Source: Limnothrix sp. BL-A-16 | GTDB taxonomy: Bacteria > Cyanobacteriota > Cyanobacteriia > CACIAM-69d | Assembly: GCA_041937175.2 (NCBI GenBank) | Contig: CP166615.1 | Location: 4,192,001-4,256,000, forward strand | Reading direction: 5' to 3' | DNA length: 64,000 bases | Part shown: positions 53,171 to 64,000 of the stretch, in pieces | Layout of the letters: each line of letters starts with the position of its first letter | How positions within the stretch are numbered: the first letter of the stretch is position 1 | The notes under the pieces: generated by a model | Database searches by the model: none | The model's input: the letters and a program-made list of their open reading frames with translations, nothing else | What the model was told of the DNA's origin: nothing | Position numbers and translations under genes: made by a program

Positions 53171-54688
53171 ATGGCGAAGGTAAAAACCCGCTACGTTTGC
53201 AGCGCCTGCGGAGGCGTGGAAGCCCAAATGTTCGGGCGCTGTCCCAGTTGTGGCCAGTGGGGCACTCTGGTGGAAGAGGTGTTGGCTCCGGAACCCAGCG
53301 CCACGGGCCGAGCCGCCGTGGCCGCCACCACCCGATCGCGCAAGGGATCTCGCCCCCAAGAGCCGGCCAGCCCGATCGCGGCTCGTACCTTGGCCGAAAT
53401 TCGCGATCGCCCCCGATCTCGCTGGGCTTCTGGGTTTCGAGAACTCGATCGAGTTTTGGGCGGGGGAATTGTGCCCGGCTCCTTGGTGTTGATTGGCGGC
53501 GATCCGGGCATCGGTAAATCAACCCTGTTGTTGCAAACGGCTAACCAACTGGCTCGATCGCGCCGAGTCCTTTACGTTTGTGCCGAAGAATCGGGACAGC
53601 AGGTGAAGTTGCGGGCCCAGCGATTGGGGGTACAGGCTCCGGCGGCGGAATTGATCTCGGGCCAGCTCCCGGAGGAATCACCGGACGATCGCGCCGATTT
53701 ATACCTGCTGCCGGAAACGGATTTAGAGCCAATTTTGGCGGAAATTGAAAGCTTGCGACCGGCGATCGCCATTATCGACAGCGTGCAGGCGATTTATTTG
53801 CCCGCGCTGGCTTCTGCACCGGGATCCGTGGCCCAAGTGCGGGAATGTACTTCGGCCCTGATGCGGCTGGCCAAGCGGCAGGATGTGGCCATGTTGTTGG
53901 TGGGCCATGTGACCAAGGAGGGGGCGATCGCCGGGCCCAAGGTGCTGGAGCATTTGGTGGATACGGTGCTCTATTTTGAGGGCGATCGATTTGCCAGTTT
54001 TCGCCTGTTGCGATCGGTTAAAAATCGCTTTGGCGCAACCCAGGAGTTGGGTGTGTTTGAAATGGTCGATCGGGGGCTGTTGGAAGTGGCCAACCCCTCC
54101 GCCCTCTTTTTGGGCAACCGGGATGAGCGCGTCCCGGGCACGGCGACGATCGTGGCCTGCGAAGGAACCCGCCCGATCGTGGCGGAACTGCAAGCCCTCG
54201 TCAGCCCCACAAGTTATTCCTCGCCCCGCCGCGTCACCACGGGCATGGAATATAACCGGCTGCTGCAAATTCTGGCGGTGCTCGAAAAACGGGTGGGCGT
54301 GCCCCTGTCTCGGCTGGATGCCTATGTGTCCACCTCCGGCGGCCTGAGCGTGGAGGAACCGGCGGCGGATTTGGGGGTGGCCGTGGCCCTGGTGGCCAGT
54401 TTCCGCGATCGCATCGTTGATCCGGGCACGGTGCTGATTGGCGAGGTGGGTTTGGGCGGCCAAGTGCGCCCCGTTTCCCAACTGGAATTGCGGCTCAAGG
54501 AAGCCGCGAAATTAGGATTTAAACGGGCGATCGTGCCCAAGGGTTCCGATGTGCGAATTCGGGGAATGGAACTGATTCCCGTGGGGCGGTTGGTGGATGC
54601 GATCGGGGCGGCCATGGCGCGATCGATGGCGGCCGATGCCGCTCCCGATCCGGAAACCAGCGATCTCAGTGAGCAGCCCGTGGGTTAA
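53171..54688 (+). CDS. radA: DNA repair protein RadA/Sms
   Basis: C4 zinc finger, GDPGIGKST, KNRFG, Lon-like C-terminus. Confidence 0.97.
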   Translation: MAKVKTRYVCSACGGVEAQMFGRCPSCGQWGTLVEEVLAPEPSATGRAAVAATTRSRKGSRPQEPASPIAARTLAEIRDRPRSRWASGFRELDRVLGGGIVPGSLVLIGGDPGIGKSTLLLQTANQLARSRRVLYVCAEESGQQVKLRAQRLGVQAPAAELISGQLPEESPDDRADLYLLPETDLEPILAEIESLRPAIAIIDSVQAIYLPALASAPGSVAQVRECTSALMRLAKRQDVAMLLVGHVTKEGAIAGPKVLEHLVDTVLYFEGDRFASFRLLRSVKNRFGATQELGVFEMVDRGLLEVANPSALFLGNRDERVPGTATIVACEGTRPIVAELQALVSPTSYSSPRRVTTGMEYNRLLQILAVLEKRVGVPLSRLDAYVSTSGGLSVEEPAADLGVAVALVASFRDRIVDPGTVLIGEVGLGGQVRPVSQLELRLKEAAKLGFKRAIVPKGSDVRIRGMELIPVGRLVDAIGAAMARSMAADAAPDPETSDLSEQPVG

Positions 54689-55746
54689 CCCAAAGCGCCT
54701 AGGGGTTGGTTGCTGACCCGATCGCGCGGAATTTTGCGATCGAACAAACTGCCCAAAACGGCCGCCGGGCGAGCACTGTGGGGCCAAGCAAACGCATGGC
54801 GAAACGCTGCTTCTTGGCAGGCTTCCAACTGCTCAAAGTCAATCACATCCAAGGTCAGCAGGGTTTCGTATTCAAAGGGCAACCGCACATTATGCAACCC
54901 CGCATTGTCGGTGCAAATGGCAATTTCAACCCCCGCCTCAAAGCAGCGATCGAACACGGTTTTCAGTTCCCGTAAATCGCTCATGGTTCCCGTTTTGAGA
55001 TAGGTGGTGGGGCACACTTCCAAACATTGTCCCCGGCGGGCCAAATCGGGCAGCAGTTCGGGATATTGCAGGGGAATTTGAATCCCATGGCCAATTCGCA
55101 TCAACAGCGGCAAGAGGTCGGGACATTGCCCCATGGGCGTTTCGTAAACATGGCCTGTGGTTTTGAGACCGAGCGATCGCGCCAATTCGTATAGCTCAAT
55201 CCACTCATGCAATCGATCGCCATACAAGTCATCACCGCCCGCCAGGTCGATCGCGCAAACATAGTCCCGTGATTGGGCTGCTAGCTCCACGATCGCCCGA
55301 TTCACCTCATAGGGCAACTTGACATGCATACATAAAATTTGGCTGGTGACGATCGGGCAATCCACCACCTGGCTGGCCTGGCCCACCGTTTGCACAATGT
55401 CAGCCATCCGATCGATCCGCTCTCCCATCGGCAAATGCTCAGGGGTGCGCAGATAGGGCGTGTAGCGCAACTCCAAATAGGCCAAATTTTCAAAAATGTA
55501 GGCCCCCCGAATCAGGCGATAGATGAAATAGGGCAACATTTCCTGGGTCTGCACACTTTCCACCAACGAATGCAGCTCCAAATACTCCGCCAGGGTTTTG
55601 CGAGGACGGGTGTAGAAATCCTCAAATGCCCCATAGTCTGGAAATTGGGTCGTTAAGTCCGATCGATGCCGTTCAAAATAGCGCCACAGCACCCGAGGCA
55701 CGACCGAACCACCCAAATGCCGATGCAGTTCTGCATGTAATGCCAT
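54685..55746 (-). CDS. adenosine deaminase family protein
   Basis: AELHRHLGG, YLELR, RIGHG, EVCPT, CTDN; ATG at 55746. Confidence 0.9.
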   Translation of the reverse strand: MALHAELHRHLGGSVVPRVLWRYFERHRSDLTTQFPDYGAFEDFYTRPRKTLAEYLELHSLVESVQTQEMLPYFIYRLIRGAYIFENLAYLELRYTPYLRTPEHLPMGERIDRMADIVQTVGQASQVVDCPIVTSQILCMHVKLPYEVNRAIVELAAQSRDYVCAIDLAGGDDLYGDRLHEWIELYELARSLGLKTTGHVYETPMGQCPDLLPLLMRIGHGIQIPLQYPELLPDLARRGQCLEVCPTTYLKTGTMSDLRELKTVFDRCFEAGVEIAICTDNAGLHNVRLPFEYETLLTLDVIDFEQLEACQEAAFRHAFAWPHSARPAAVLGSLFDRKIPRDRVSNQPLGALG

Positions 55747-55818
55747 AGAAGCGTCCCCGAGAGTACTGAGTCTTGCGAGCGATCGCGATCGAAGCTGGAA
55801 ATCGTCCCGATCGGGCCC

Positions 55819-55885
55819 AGGGCCTATCGTCAAATTGCCCAAAACCCGAGATCTGCCGTTAGCGGATCGTGGGGAGCAAGGGGCT
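55819..55885 (-). mobile_element. truncated half copy of the MITE (copy C)
   Basis: agggcctatcgtc end...agatctgccgttagcggatcgtgggg...caaggggctt, cut at the palindrome centre. Confidence 0.65.
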
Positions 55886-56032
55886 TAGGGCTTGTCGTCG
55901 TTGAACCCGAAACCCTAGATCTGCCGTTAGCGGATCGTGGGGGACAAGGGGCTTAAGCCCCTTGTCTAAGACGATTGGGGAACGGAAAACCAACCGTTTC
56001 AGCATCACCTCGAAAAATGACGACAGGGCCCA
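55886..56032 (-). mobile_element. 147-bp MITE, copy B (inverted relative to copy A)
   Basis: Reverse complement aligns end to end with 28995..29141. Confidence 0.85.
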
Positions 56033-56153
56033 AGAACCGGCGATCATTTCGATATTTTTATTGTTGCTTAAGAAAATTAAATCGGGCGCGATCGCCCGAG
56101 CCTATATCCCCCCGAGCGATTTCACCCAGTCACCGCCTCGATCGCCCGGTTGA

Positions 56154-57539
<1,386 letters not shown>

Positions 57540-57582
57540 CCCGCAAGACCAGACTTGTAACCCCCTAGGGACAGGTTTGCTA

Positions 57583-57605
57583 GGGGCAGGCTGGAAACCT
57601 GCCCC
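57583..57605. repeat. REP-like palindrome or terminator after purA
   Basis: ggggcagg-ctggaaa-cctgcccc. Confidence 0.5.
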
Positions 57606-57793
57606 GATGACAATCTCTTCCCGTTTTTGATCATTCCCGATCAAAATCACCTTGTGAAAGCAGTTCCTCAAGATTGGGGAATGGGGTTGAATTTCTGTTA
57701 ATATTCTCTGGCTTTCTACGCCGACGATAGCTCGATCGCCCGCCGATTCTTGCTTGACTAAGTGCGATCGATCCCACAATAGGAGAACCATCC

Positions 57794-58093
57794 ATGAGCC
57801 TTACTTTTGAAGCCCAAGTCCGCCCCGAAGGCAGCAAGCCCGGTGCTCTGCGTCGCGAAGGTTTGATTCCGGCGAACCTCTACGGTCACGACGGTGCAAA
57901 CTCGGTGTTGCTGACGATCAATGCCCGGGATTTGGGTTACATGCTGCGATCGGTTAAGGTGGGCGAAACTCCGGTTGAACTCACGATCGCTGATTTGAAC
58001 TGGAAGGGTTCCGTGGTGCTGCAAGAAGTGCAGAAGCACCCCTGGAAGTCAGCCATGGTCTATCACGTCAGCTTCCTGGCTGCTAAGGGCTAA
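57794..58093 (+). CDS. rplY: 50S ribosomal protein L25 (short form)
   Basis: LRREGLIPANLYG...EVQKHP...HVSF; AGGAG ribosome-binding site. Confidence 0.95.
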   Translation: MSLTFEAQVRPEGSKPGALRREGLIPANLYGHDGANSVLLTINARDLGYMLRSVKVGETPVELTIADLNWKGSVVLQEVQKHPWKSAMVYHVSFLAAKG

Positions 58094-58335
58094 ATCGCCT
58101 GGCAATCGGACGGGATGCTTGATGAAGCGAAGGTAGGGCAATTGAGTTTCGATTGCCCTACTTTGTGTTTTGAACATATTTTGAACCCATGTTGAACCCA
58201 TGTTGAACTGGGAACCCTGGGCGTTCAACCCGTTTGATTGAGAGTTTTTGAGCGTTTGTTGCATTGCATTCGTTGCATTGAACCTGTTGAATTCAAGCAG
58301 CGAAATTGAGCCAGTCCCCCTCAGGAGTTTTGTGC

Positions 58336-59889
58336 ATGGATTCGACGCTGCCGCCCTTGGTGCAACAGATGCTTCAGCCGGAGTTCTATCCCCATCCGGT
58401 GCAGGAGCCGATCGCCCTGATTCAAACCCACGTTTCCTTTGTGTTCATCACCGGAGACTGGGTTTATAAACTGAAGAAGCCGGTGAACTTTGGCTTTTTG
58501 GACTATTCCACTCTGGAGCGGCGTAAGGAATTTTGTGCTCAAGAAATTGCGCTCAACCAACGCAGCGCAGCGGAACTCTATGTGGGCGTAGTTCCCATTA
58601 TTCAAACGGGCGATCGCTACCAATTGGCGGAAATGGGTGAAGCCACCCAAACTGAGGCCGAAAACTCAGTGGTGGAATATGCCGTCAAAATGCATCAGTT
58701 TCCTCAGGAAAATTTGATGAGCGCCCGGTTCGATCGTGGCGAAATCACCGAAGCAGACATCATTGAGCTGGCTCGGGTGGTGGCGGAATTTCACCGCACC
58801 GCTCCCACCAGCGATTACATCAATTCCTTTGGGGAAATCCCCCAAATTAAAGTTTCCTTTGATGAAAACTTTCAACAGACCACGGGCTATATTGGCGGGC
58901 CCCAAACCCAAGCGCAATTTGACCTGACCCAAAGTTGGACAGAAACATTTTTTGCGGAAAATGGGGCACTATTCCAAAGTCGTGTGGCCGGTGGGTTCAT
59001 TCGCAATGGCCATGGTGATTTGCACTTGGGCAATATCTGTTGGCTGAACGATCGCCCGCTGTTGTTTGACTGCATTGAGTTCAACGAACCTTTCCGGTTT
59101 GTGGACACAATTTACGATGTGGCTTTTTTGGCCATGGACTTGGAAGCGCGGGGCCGCATTGATTTGGCCAACGCCTTTGTCAATGAGTATGCGGAGCGAT
59201 CGGGCGATTGGGCCGGGTTGGCCCTGTTGCCGCTGTATCTGAGCCGCCAATCCTACGTGCGAGCCAAGGTCACCTCCTTTTTGCTGAACGATCCGGCAAT
59301 TCCCGAGGCCGATCGGGCCGCCGCCCACGATCGGGCCGCTGCTTACTATCGCCAAGCGGCCAGCTATGCCCAACCCCGATCGGGTCAGGTAATTTTGATG
59401 TGTGGCCTGTCGGGATCGGGTAAATCAACCGTGGCTCGGCAATTGGCTCGCCAAACCAACGGGATTCAGATTCGATCGGACGCGGTGCGCAAACATCTGG
59501 GCGCTGTGCCCCTCGATCAAAAGGGACCGCAATCCCTTTACAGCGCCGAAATGACCGCCAAAACCTACGATCACCTGCTGCAATTGGGGCTGGATTTGGC
59601 CAGTCGGGGCGAAACGGTGATTCTTGATGCCAAGTATGATCGCCAAGCCTTGCGCCAAACGGTGATTGCCGCCACCCAAGAACGGGAATTGGATTTGGAA
59701 ATTGTCCATTGCCAAGCCCCGATCGAGGTGCTGCGCGATCGGCTCAATCAGCGAACCGGCGACATTGCCGATGCCACGGCTGATCTACTGGCGGCCCAAG
59801 TGGCGGCCTTCGAGGCCTTCAGCAATGAAGAGCGCCTTTGGGTGCGCGAGGTAGACACAGCCCGGGGGGGCGATTTAAAGTTGCAGTAG
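58336..59889 (+). CDS. phosphotransferase-like / AAA_33 P-loop fusion protein
   Basis: QTHVS, KLKKPVNFGFLD, HGDLHLGN, FDCIEFN; GLSGSGKS, RSDAVRK. Confidence 0.9.
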   Translation: MDSTLPPLVQQMLQPEFYPHPVQEPIALIQTHVSFVFITGDWVYKLKKPVNFGFLDYSTLERRKEFCAQEIALNQRSAAELYVGVVPIIQTGDRYQLAEMGEATQTEAENSVVEYAVKMHQFPQENLMSARFDRGEITEADIIELARVVAEFHRTAPTSDYINSFGEIPQIKVSFDENFQQTTGYIGGPQTQAQFDLTQSWTETFFAENGALFQSRVAGGFIRNGHGDLHLGNICWLNDRPLLFDCIEFNEPFRFVDTIYDVAFLAMDLEARGRIDLANAFVNEYAERSGDWAGLALLPLYLSRQSYVRAKVTSFLLNDPAIPEADRAAAHDRAAAYYRQAASYAQPRSGQVILMCGLSGSGKSTVARQLARQTNGIQIRSDAVRKHLGAVPLDQKGPQSLYSAEMTAKTYDHLLQLGLDLASRGETVILDAKYDRQALRQTVIAATQERELDLEIVHCQAPIEVLRDRLNQRTGDIADATADLLAAQVAAFEAFSNEERLWVREVDTARGGDLKLQ

Positions 59890-60043
59890 CTGATTTTCCC
59901 GGTGGCGGCTGTTGGCCCTGCGCAAGTTACCTGCGGTCATTGGTGCTGAGTGAATTGGTGCTGAGTAATCTGGCTCCCAATTCGCACTCAGTACTTGGCA
60001 AATTTGGGCAACGGCCGCCCCGATCGCGACAATCCCCAGACCC

Positions 60044-60352
60044 GTGAGCTATCTGTATCAAGGCTTAGTTTGGTTCTTGCTGTTTTGGCTTGCCCTGGTG
60101 GGGGTGGGCTACGGCACGCTGTCAGCTTTGGTGCTGGCGACCTTTGGTGGTGCTGCTGGATCGATTATTTCCGTGTGGTGGCAGCAGCCGGCCGCCGATC
60201 CGGTGGTGACGCGGCGAACGTTCGATCGGGTGGAACGTGCGCCGCGTCCCTATCCTTATGAAACCCTGGAATCTTCGCGCCTCAAGCGCCAGGGTCGTCG
60301 CCGTCGCCAAATTGGCTGGCTAGATCAGTGGTTGCGGGTGCGGCCTCGCTAG
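60044..60352 (+). CDS. small membrane hypothetical protein
   Basis: Hydrophobic N-terminal half and basic C-terminus; follows the upstream gene on the same strand. Confidence 0.55.
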   Translation: MSYLYQGLVWFLLFWLALVGVGYGTLSALVLATFGGAAGSIISVWWQQPAADPVVTRRTFDRVERAPRPYPYETLESSRLKRQGRRRRQIGWLDQWLRVRPR

Positions 60353-60522
60353 GTTGATAAAACGGCTCATCGGTATTACCCAGCGGCAGGAAATTTTTTC
60401 AGGGTGAGTGCCTTGTTTTCAGGGTGAGTGTATTGTCTTAACCCAAGTGCTCTGACTGAGAGCTGACCGTTGTTACGGAGTTCAACAGTCGGCAGCACCC
60501 ACCGAAGAGGAAACAAGCAACC

Positions 60523-62742
60523 GTGTGGCAATGGGGTCAATGGCGCGATCAACGCCTGCCTTGGCAAACGCGCCAGGTCGCGGATGTTTTGTTGGTGGCG
60601 GCGGTGGCCGGTGGCTTGCTGTTGGCTCGCTCTTGGGGCTGGCTCCAGCAGGCGGAGTTGGTGGCCTATGACTGGCTGATTCGGGCCCGATCGACCCCAC
60701 CCCTGCGCGATCGGGTGGTGATTGTGGGGGTGGATGAACCGGATATTCAATTTTTGAAGATTTGGCCTGCCCGAGATCGAGACCTAGCCCAACTATTGGA
60801 AACGCTCGTGGCGGCTCGTCCCGTGGCGATCGGGCTGGATATTTACCGAGATTTGCCCCTGCCACCGGGCAAGGAACACCTAGAGGAAATTTTTCAGAAC
60901 AGTCCCGTCCCGATCGTCGGCATTCGGCTGATGCCCGATTCGGAAAAAAAGGGAATTCTGCCTGCGCCGGCCTTGGCTCGCTATCAGCAAATTGGGTTTA
61001 ACAACATCATCATTGATCCCGATCGGCTGGTGCGCCGCCACATTCTCTATTGGTGGCATACGGATCCAAAAACGCGCCAACGCCAAATGCATCAGAGCTT
61101 TGCCTTTGTGTTGGCCCAACTGTATTTGCAGCAGCGTCAAATTACCCTGACCAAAACCGAAGATCCGACTCAACTGCAACTGGGGCGGCTGCGGTTGTCC
61201 CCGATCGATCCCAACAGTGGCGGCTATCAGGGCATTGATGCCGGTGGTTACCAAATCCTGGCCGATTGGCGGGGCCCCTCCAGAACCGTGCCGGTGGTTT
61301 GGTGGCGGGACGTGGTGCAGGGGAAGGTGTCGCCCGCGCAACTCAGTGGGCGAATTGTGGTGATTGGGGCCATGACCGAAAGCCTCAAGGACTATGCCTA
61401 CACGCCCTACAGCAACCAAGGGCGGGATTCGGCCCAACCCATCTTTGGCGCGGAATTGCAGGCCCAGGCGATCGAACAACTGTTGGAGTCCGCGATCGAG
61501 GGGCGGCCGCCCATTCGCACTTGGCCCGACTGGGTGGAACAGGTTTGGATTTTGTTGTGGACCGCGGCCGGGGCGATCGACGTGAAGCGATCGCGCTCCA
61601 TGGGCCAAGCGGCTTTCCACCTGGCCTTAGCCCTGTTAGGAATCGGCAGTTTCACCAGCCTGAGTCTTTGGTGGGGGTGGTGGATCCCGATCGTGCCGGT
61701 GGCCCTGGGCACGCTGGCCAGCGCCGGGGGGCTGTGGTTGCTGGCCTTTCAGCGGCAACAGGAACAGACCCGATCGACCCTCTTTTTTCAGCAAGTCTTG
61801 GCCGCTATTCCTGAGCCACTGTTTGTGAAAGACCAAAATCGGCGCTGGATTGCTGTGAATCCCGCTTTTTGCAACTTTACGGGGCTAACCACCACAGATC
61901 TGTTGGGGAAACGGGCAGAGGATGTGTTTTCTCCTGAGTTGGCCGCCGCCCTCACGGCGGAGGATCAACGGGCGATCGACCAGTTGGGGCCCGCCGAAAC
62001 CCAGTTCGCCTGGCCCGATCCCTTTGGTCGGGAACGAATGGTGAGCACCAAGCGCACCCTCCACCGCGATCGGGCCGGGAATCAGTTCCTCGTGGGGGTG
62101 ATGCGTGATATTACCGAGCAGTGCCGAGCCGAAGCGGAATTACGCCGCACCGCCGCCGAACTGCGGGACTACACCCAGCAACTGGAGCTAGCCCACGATG
62201 TGTTGCAATACCAAGCCCGTCACGATGGCCTCACGGGATTGGTGAACCGTAAATATTTTTATGAGCGCTTGGATGTGGCGCTGCAACAAGCCCGCCAGGA
62301 TCGATTCATGAGCGCGGTTTTATATTTGGACTTGGATGGGTTCAAGGCCGTGAACGACACCTTGGGCCATCGGGCCGGCGATCTGTTGTTGATTGAATGC
62401 GCCCAACGCCTCACCCAAAACCTGCGGGGCAGCGACACGATCGCCCGATTTGGTGGTGATGAATTTGTGGCGCTGTTGCCGGCCATTCCCCAAGGGGACG
62501 TGGCGGCCAGGGTGGCGGAAAAACTTCTGGCCGCCGTCAGCAAGCCCTATCGCGTTGAGGGCTGCGATTGCCAAATTACGGTCAGCATTGGCGTGGCCCT
62601 GTTTCCCGACGATGCGGAAACGGCCGATCAACTCATTGAATATGCCGATTCCGCCATGTTTGCGGCCAAGGGAATGGGGAAAAATGCGTTTTGTCTCTAC
62701 GGCGAGCCACCGGCCCAGCCCGATCGGGTTCTGAGAGGCTAG
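60523..62742 (+). CDS. CHASE2-PAS-GGDEF diguanylate cyclase
   Basis: CHASE2 motifs (IGLDIYRD, GAELQAQ), three TM helices, PAS (PEPLFVKD), intact RGSD..ARFGGDEF. Confidence 0.93.
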   Translation: MWQWGQWRDQRLPWQTRQVADVLLVAAVAGGLLLARSWGWLQQAELVAYDWLIRARSTPPLRDRVVIVGVDEPDIQFLKIWPARDRDLAQLLETLVAARPVAIGLDIYRDLPLPPGKEHLEEIFQNSPVPIVGIRLMPDSEKKGILPAPALARYQQIGFNNIIIDPDRLVRRHILYWWHTDPKTRQRQMHQSFAFVLAQLYLQQRQITLTKTEDPTQLQLGRLRLSPIDPNSGGYQGIDAGGYQILADWRGPSRTVPVVWWRDVVQGKVSPAQLSGRIVVIGAMTESLKDYAYTPYSNQGRDSAQPIFGAELQAQAIEQLLESAIEGRPPIRTWPDWVEQVWILLWTAAGAIDVKRSRSMGQAAFHLALALLGIGSFTSLSLWWGWWIPIVPVALGTLASAGGLWLLAFQRQQEQTRSTLFFQQVLAAIPEPLFVKDQNRRWIAVNPAFCNFTGLTTTDLLGKRAEDVFSPELAAALTAEDQRAIDQLGPAETQFAWPDPFGRERMVSTKRTLHRDRAGNQFLVGVMRDITEQCRAEAELRRTAAELRDYTQQLELAHDVLQYQARHDGLTGLVNRKYFYERLDVALQQARQDRFMSAVLYLDLDGFKAVNDTLGHRAGDLLLIECAQRLTQNLRGSDTIARFGGDEFVALLPAIPQGDVAARVAEKLLAAVSKPYRVEGCDCQITVSIGVALFPDDAETADQLIEYADSAMFAAKGMGKNAFCLYGEPPAQPDRVLRG

Positions 62743-62819
62743 TCAAGGCAATCAGGCTAATGTTCAGAAGTTACACTGCCGCAACTAGGAACGTTGACTT
62801 TTAGAACTGATTGGACGAA

Positions 62820-64000
62820 TCATGCAAAGCGATCGCTCGTATAGGCTCTGATGGGTCTGGGTTTCACAGTTTGCCAGGGGTAACGGGGTTGAAGCTTATT
62901 AAGTGGAAAACTGGCAAGGCGATTCTCGATGTGAGTTTTCTCTTCATCTGTCAATCCAAACATTGCATAAACCGTATCATCAATCCGATTCAGTACGGCA
63001 AAGAAATCGGACTCAACCCGATGAAAACCAGCCGATTGCTGCCGATAATCTTTCATTAAAGCAGCATAATCTTGAGGAACCAGCAATTTCTGGATAATTG
63101 CTCTAGAAATGGTTGTTTCCTCCTCAGAATTCAGGGTCAGAAGTTTGTAGACCAGTTCAGCAACATCGGCATCGACGAGTTCCAGCGAAAACAATCCGGC
63201 TCGAATATAGTTACCGTCTAAGGTGAGTTCTTCCACATAAACATCTTCGGTACTCCAATTAGCAAAGTTGAGTCCTAAGTTGCGATCGCTCAATTTATAA
63301 CGACTCGTTTTGATTCTAGTTTCTACTTCCGATAAGAGCCATTCATCGGGGTTATTTTTAGCGATCGCGGCGAGTCGAGCCAGTTCGTTATACCCGGCTA
63401 CTAGCTCTTGTTCGATCATTGGATCAAGAGTTCTGACCCAGGGCAATGCTTCAAGTGTACGAGGGTAAATGTGGGCACGAGATGAGCCTTCCAGGACTCC
63501 TGTTCGCAACCTTGTTAGATAATAAAAGCGAGCCAACTTGCTATTTATATAAGCAGCAACAACTTTCGGATTAAGATCCGTCTTCGGTAATGCAACAATC
63601 AGAGAATCAACAGCAGCGGTATTCTCGCCAGTTACAAGAGTTGCTGTAGGAGCTAAAGCAATGTTAGTCACAGCTAGAAAAGATGCATAGGTTTGATCTG
63701 CCCATAAACTGAGTTTGCCGTATGGTCTTTCTCGAACAGTATCTAGGTCAACCCAGCCAACTGGTTCTCCTGACCAACCGACTGATATACTACGTCCCGC
63801 AACAACTTGAACAGAATTTGTACTGGTGGATTCTTCTGTAACTTCTGTTCCGCCCCGTTGAATTCCATAGGTAAACCAAAAGGGGCGATTATTACGGCTC
63901 AATTGTCGGGCGACTGCTTCCTTCAACTCAACAACGTTGCTACCATTCCCATTGGGATATAACTTCTTCAAAATGGGTACATCTTCAGGATACAAAAGGG
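62820..64000 (-). CDS. C-terminal part of a type IIG/Eco57I-like restriction-modification protein (partial)
   Basis: AT-rich; TRD-like AYINSKLARFYY...LEALP and terminal IDDTVYAMFGLTDEE motif; catalytic motifs lie outside the window. Confidence 0.65.
   Translation of the reverse strand, partial: LLYPEDVPILKKLYPNGNGSNVVELKEAVARQLSRNNRPFWFTYGIQRGGTEVTEESTSTNSVQVVAGRSISVGWSGEPVGWVDLDTVRERPYGKLSLWADQTYASFLAVTNIALAPTATLVTGENTAAVDSLIVALPKTDLNPKVVAAYINSKLARFYYLTRLRTGVLEGSSRAHIYPRTLEALPWVRTLDPMIEQELVAGYNELARLAAIAKNNPDEWLLSEVETRIKTSRYKLSDRNLGLNFANWSTEDVYVEELTLDGNYIRAGLFSLELVDADVAELVYKLLTLNSEEETTISRAIIQKLLVPQDYAALMKDYRQQSAGFHRVESDFFAVLNRIDDTVYAMFGLTDEEKTHIENRLASFPLNKLQPRYPWQTVKPRPIRAYTSDRFA

Overview
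Cyanobacterial chromosome segment: the HIP1 octamer GCGATCGC is very dense, rpoC is split into rpoC1 and rpoC2, and acsF, rpaB, ycf51 and a CCB2/4 gene are present. Most of the window is core housekeeping (thrS, rqcH-like, gcvT, rpsT-tatD-rpoB-rpoC1-rpoC2, hisD, acsF, VKOR, a PP2C phosphatase, an ABC1 kinase, hemY, pcrA, dapA, rnj, rpaB, radA, adenosine deaminase, purA, rplY, a CHASE2-PAS-GGDEF cyclase). Five things stand out. (1) An AT-rich, HIP1-free 2.2-kb islet with no integrase is inserted in the 3' end of thrS. It is bounded by a 60-bp duplication that ends on a HIP1 site, and it carries a structured leader, an ABC/AAA_15-type ATPase and a PIN-like protein. This is the best candidate for an undescribed two-gene defence system. 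(2) RpoC1 has a 57-aa insertion that aligns with an SI3-type module of the neighbouring RpoC2. (3) Several ~147-bp MITEs share a REP-like palindromic core. (4) There is a Thr/Gly-repeat RTX surface protein. (5) The window ends in the 3' part of an AT-rich type IIG-like restriction-modification gene. I found no rRNA, tRNA or CRISPR array. All family calls come from reading motifs by eye; no database search was run.
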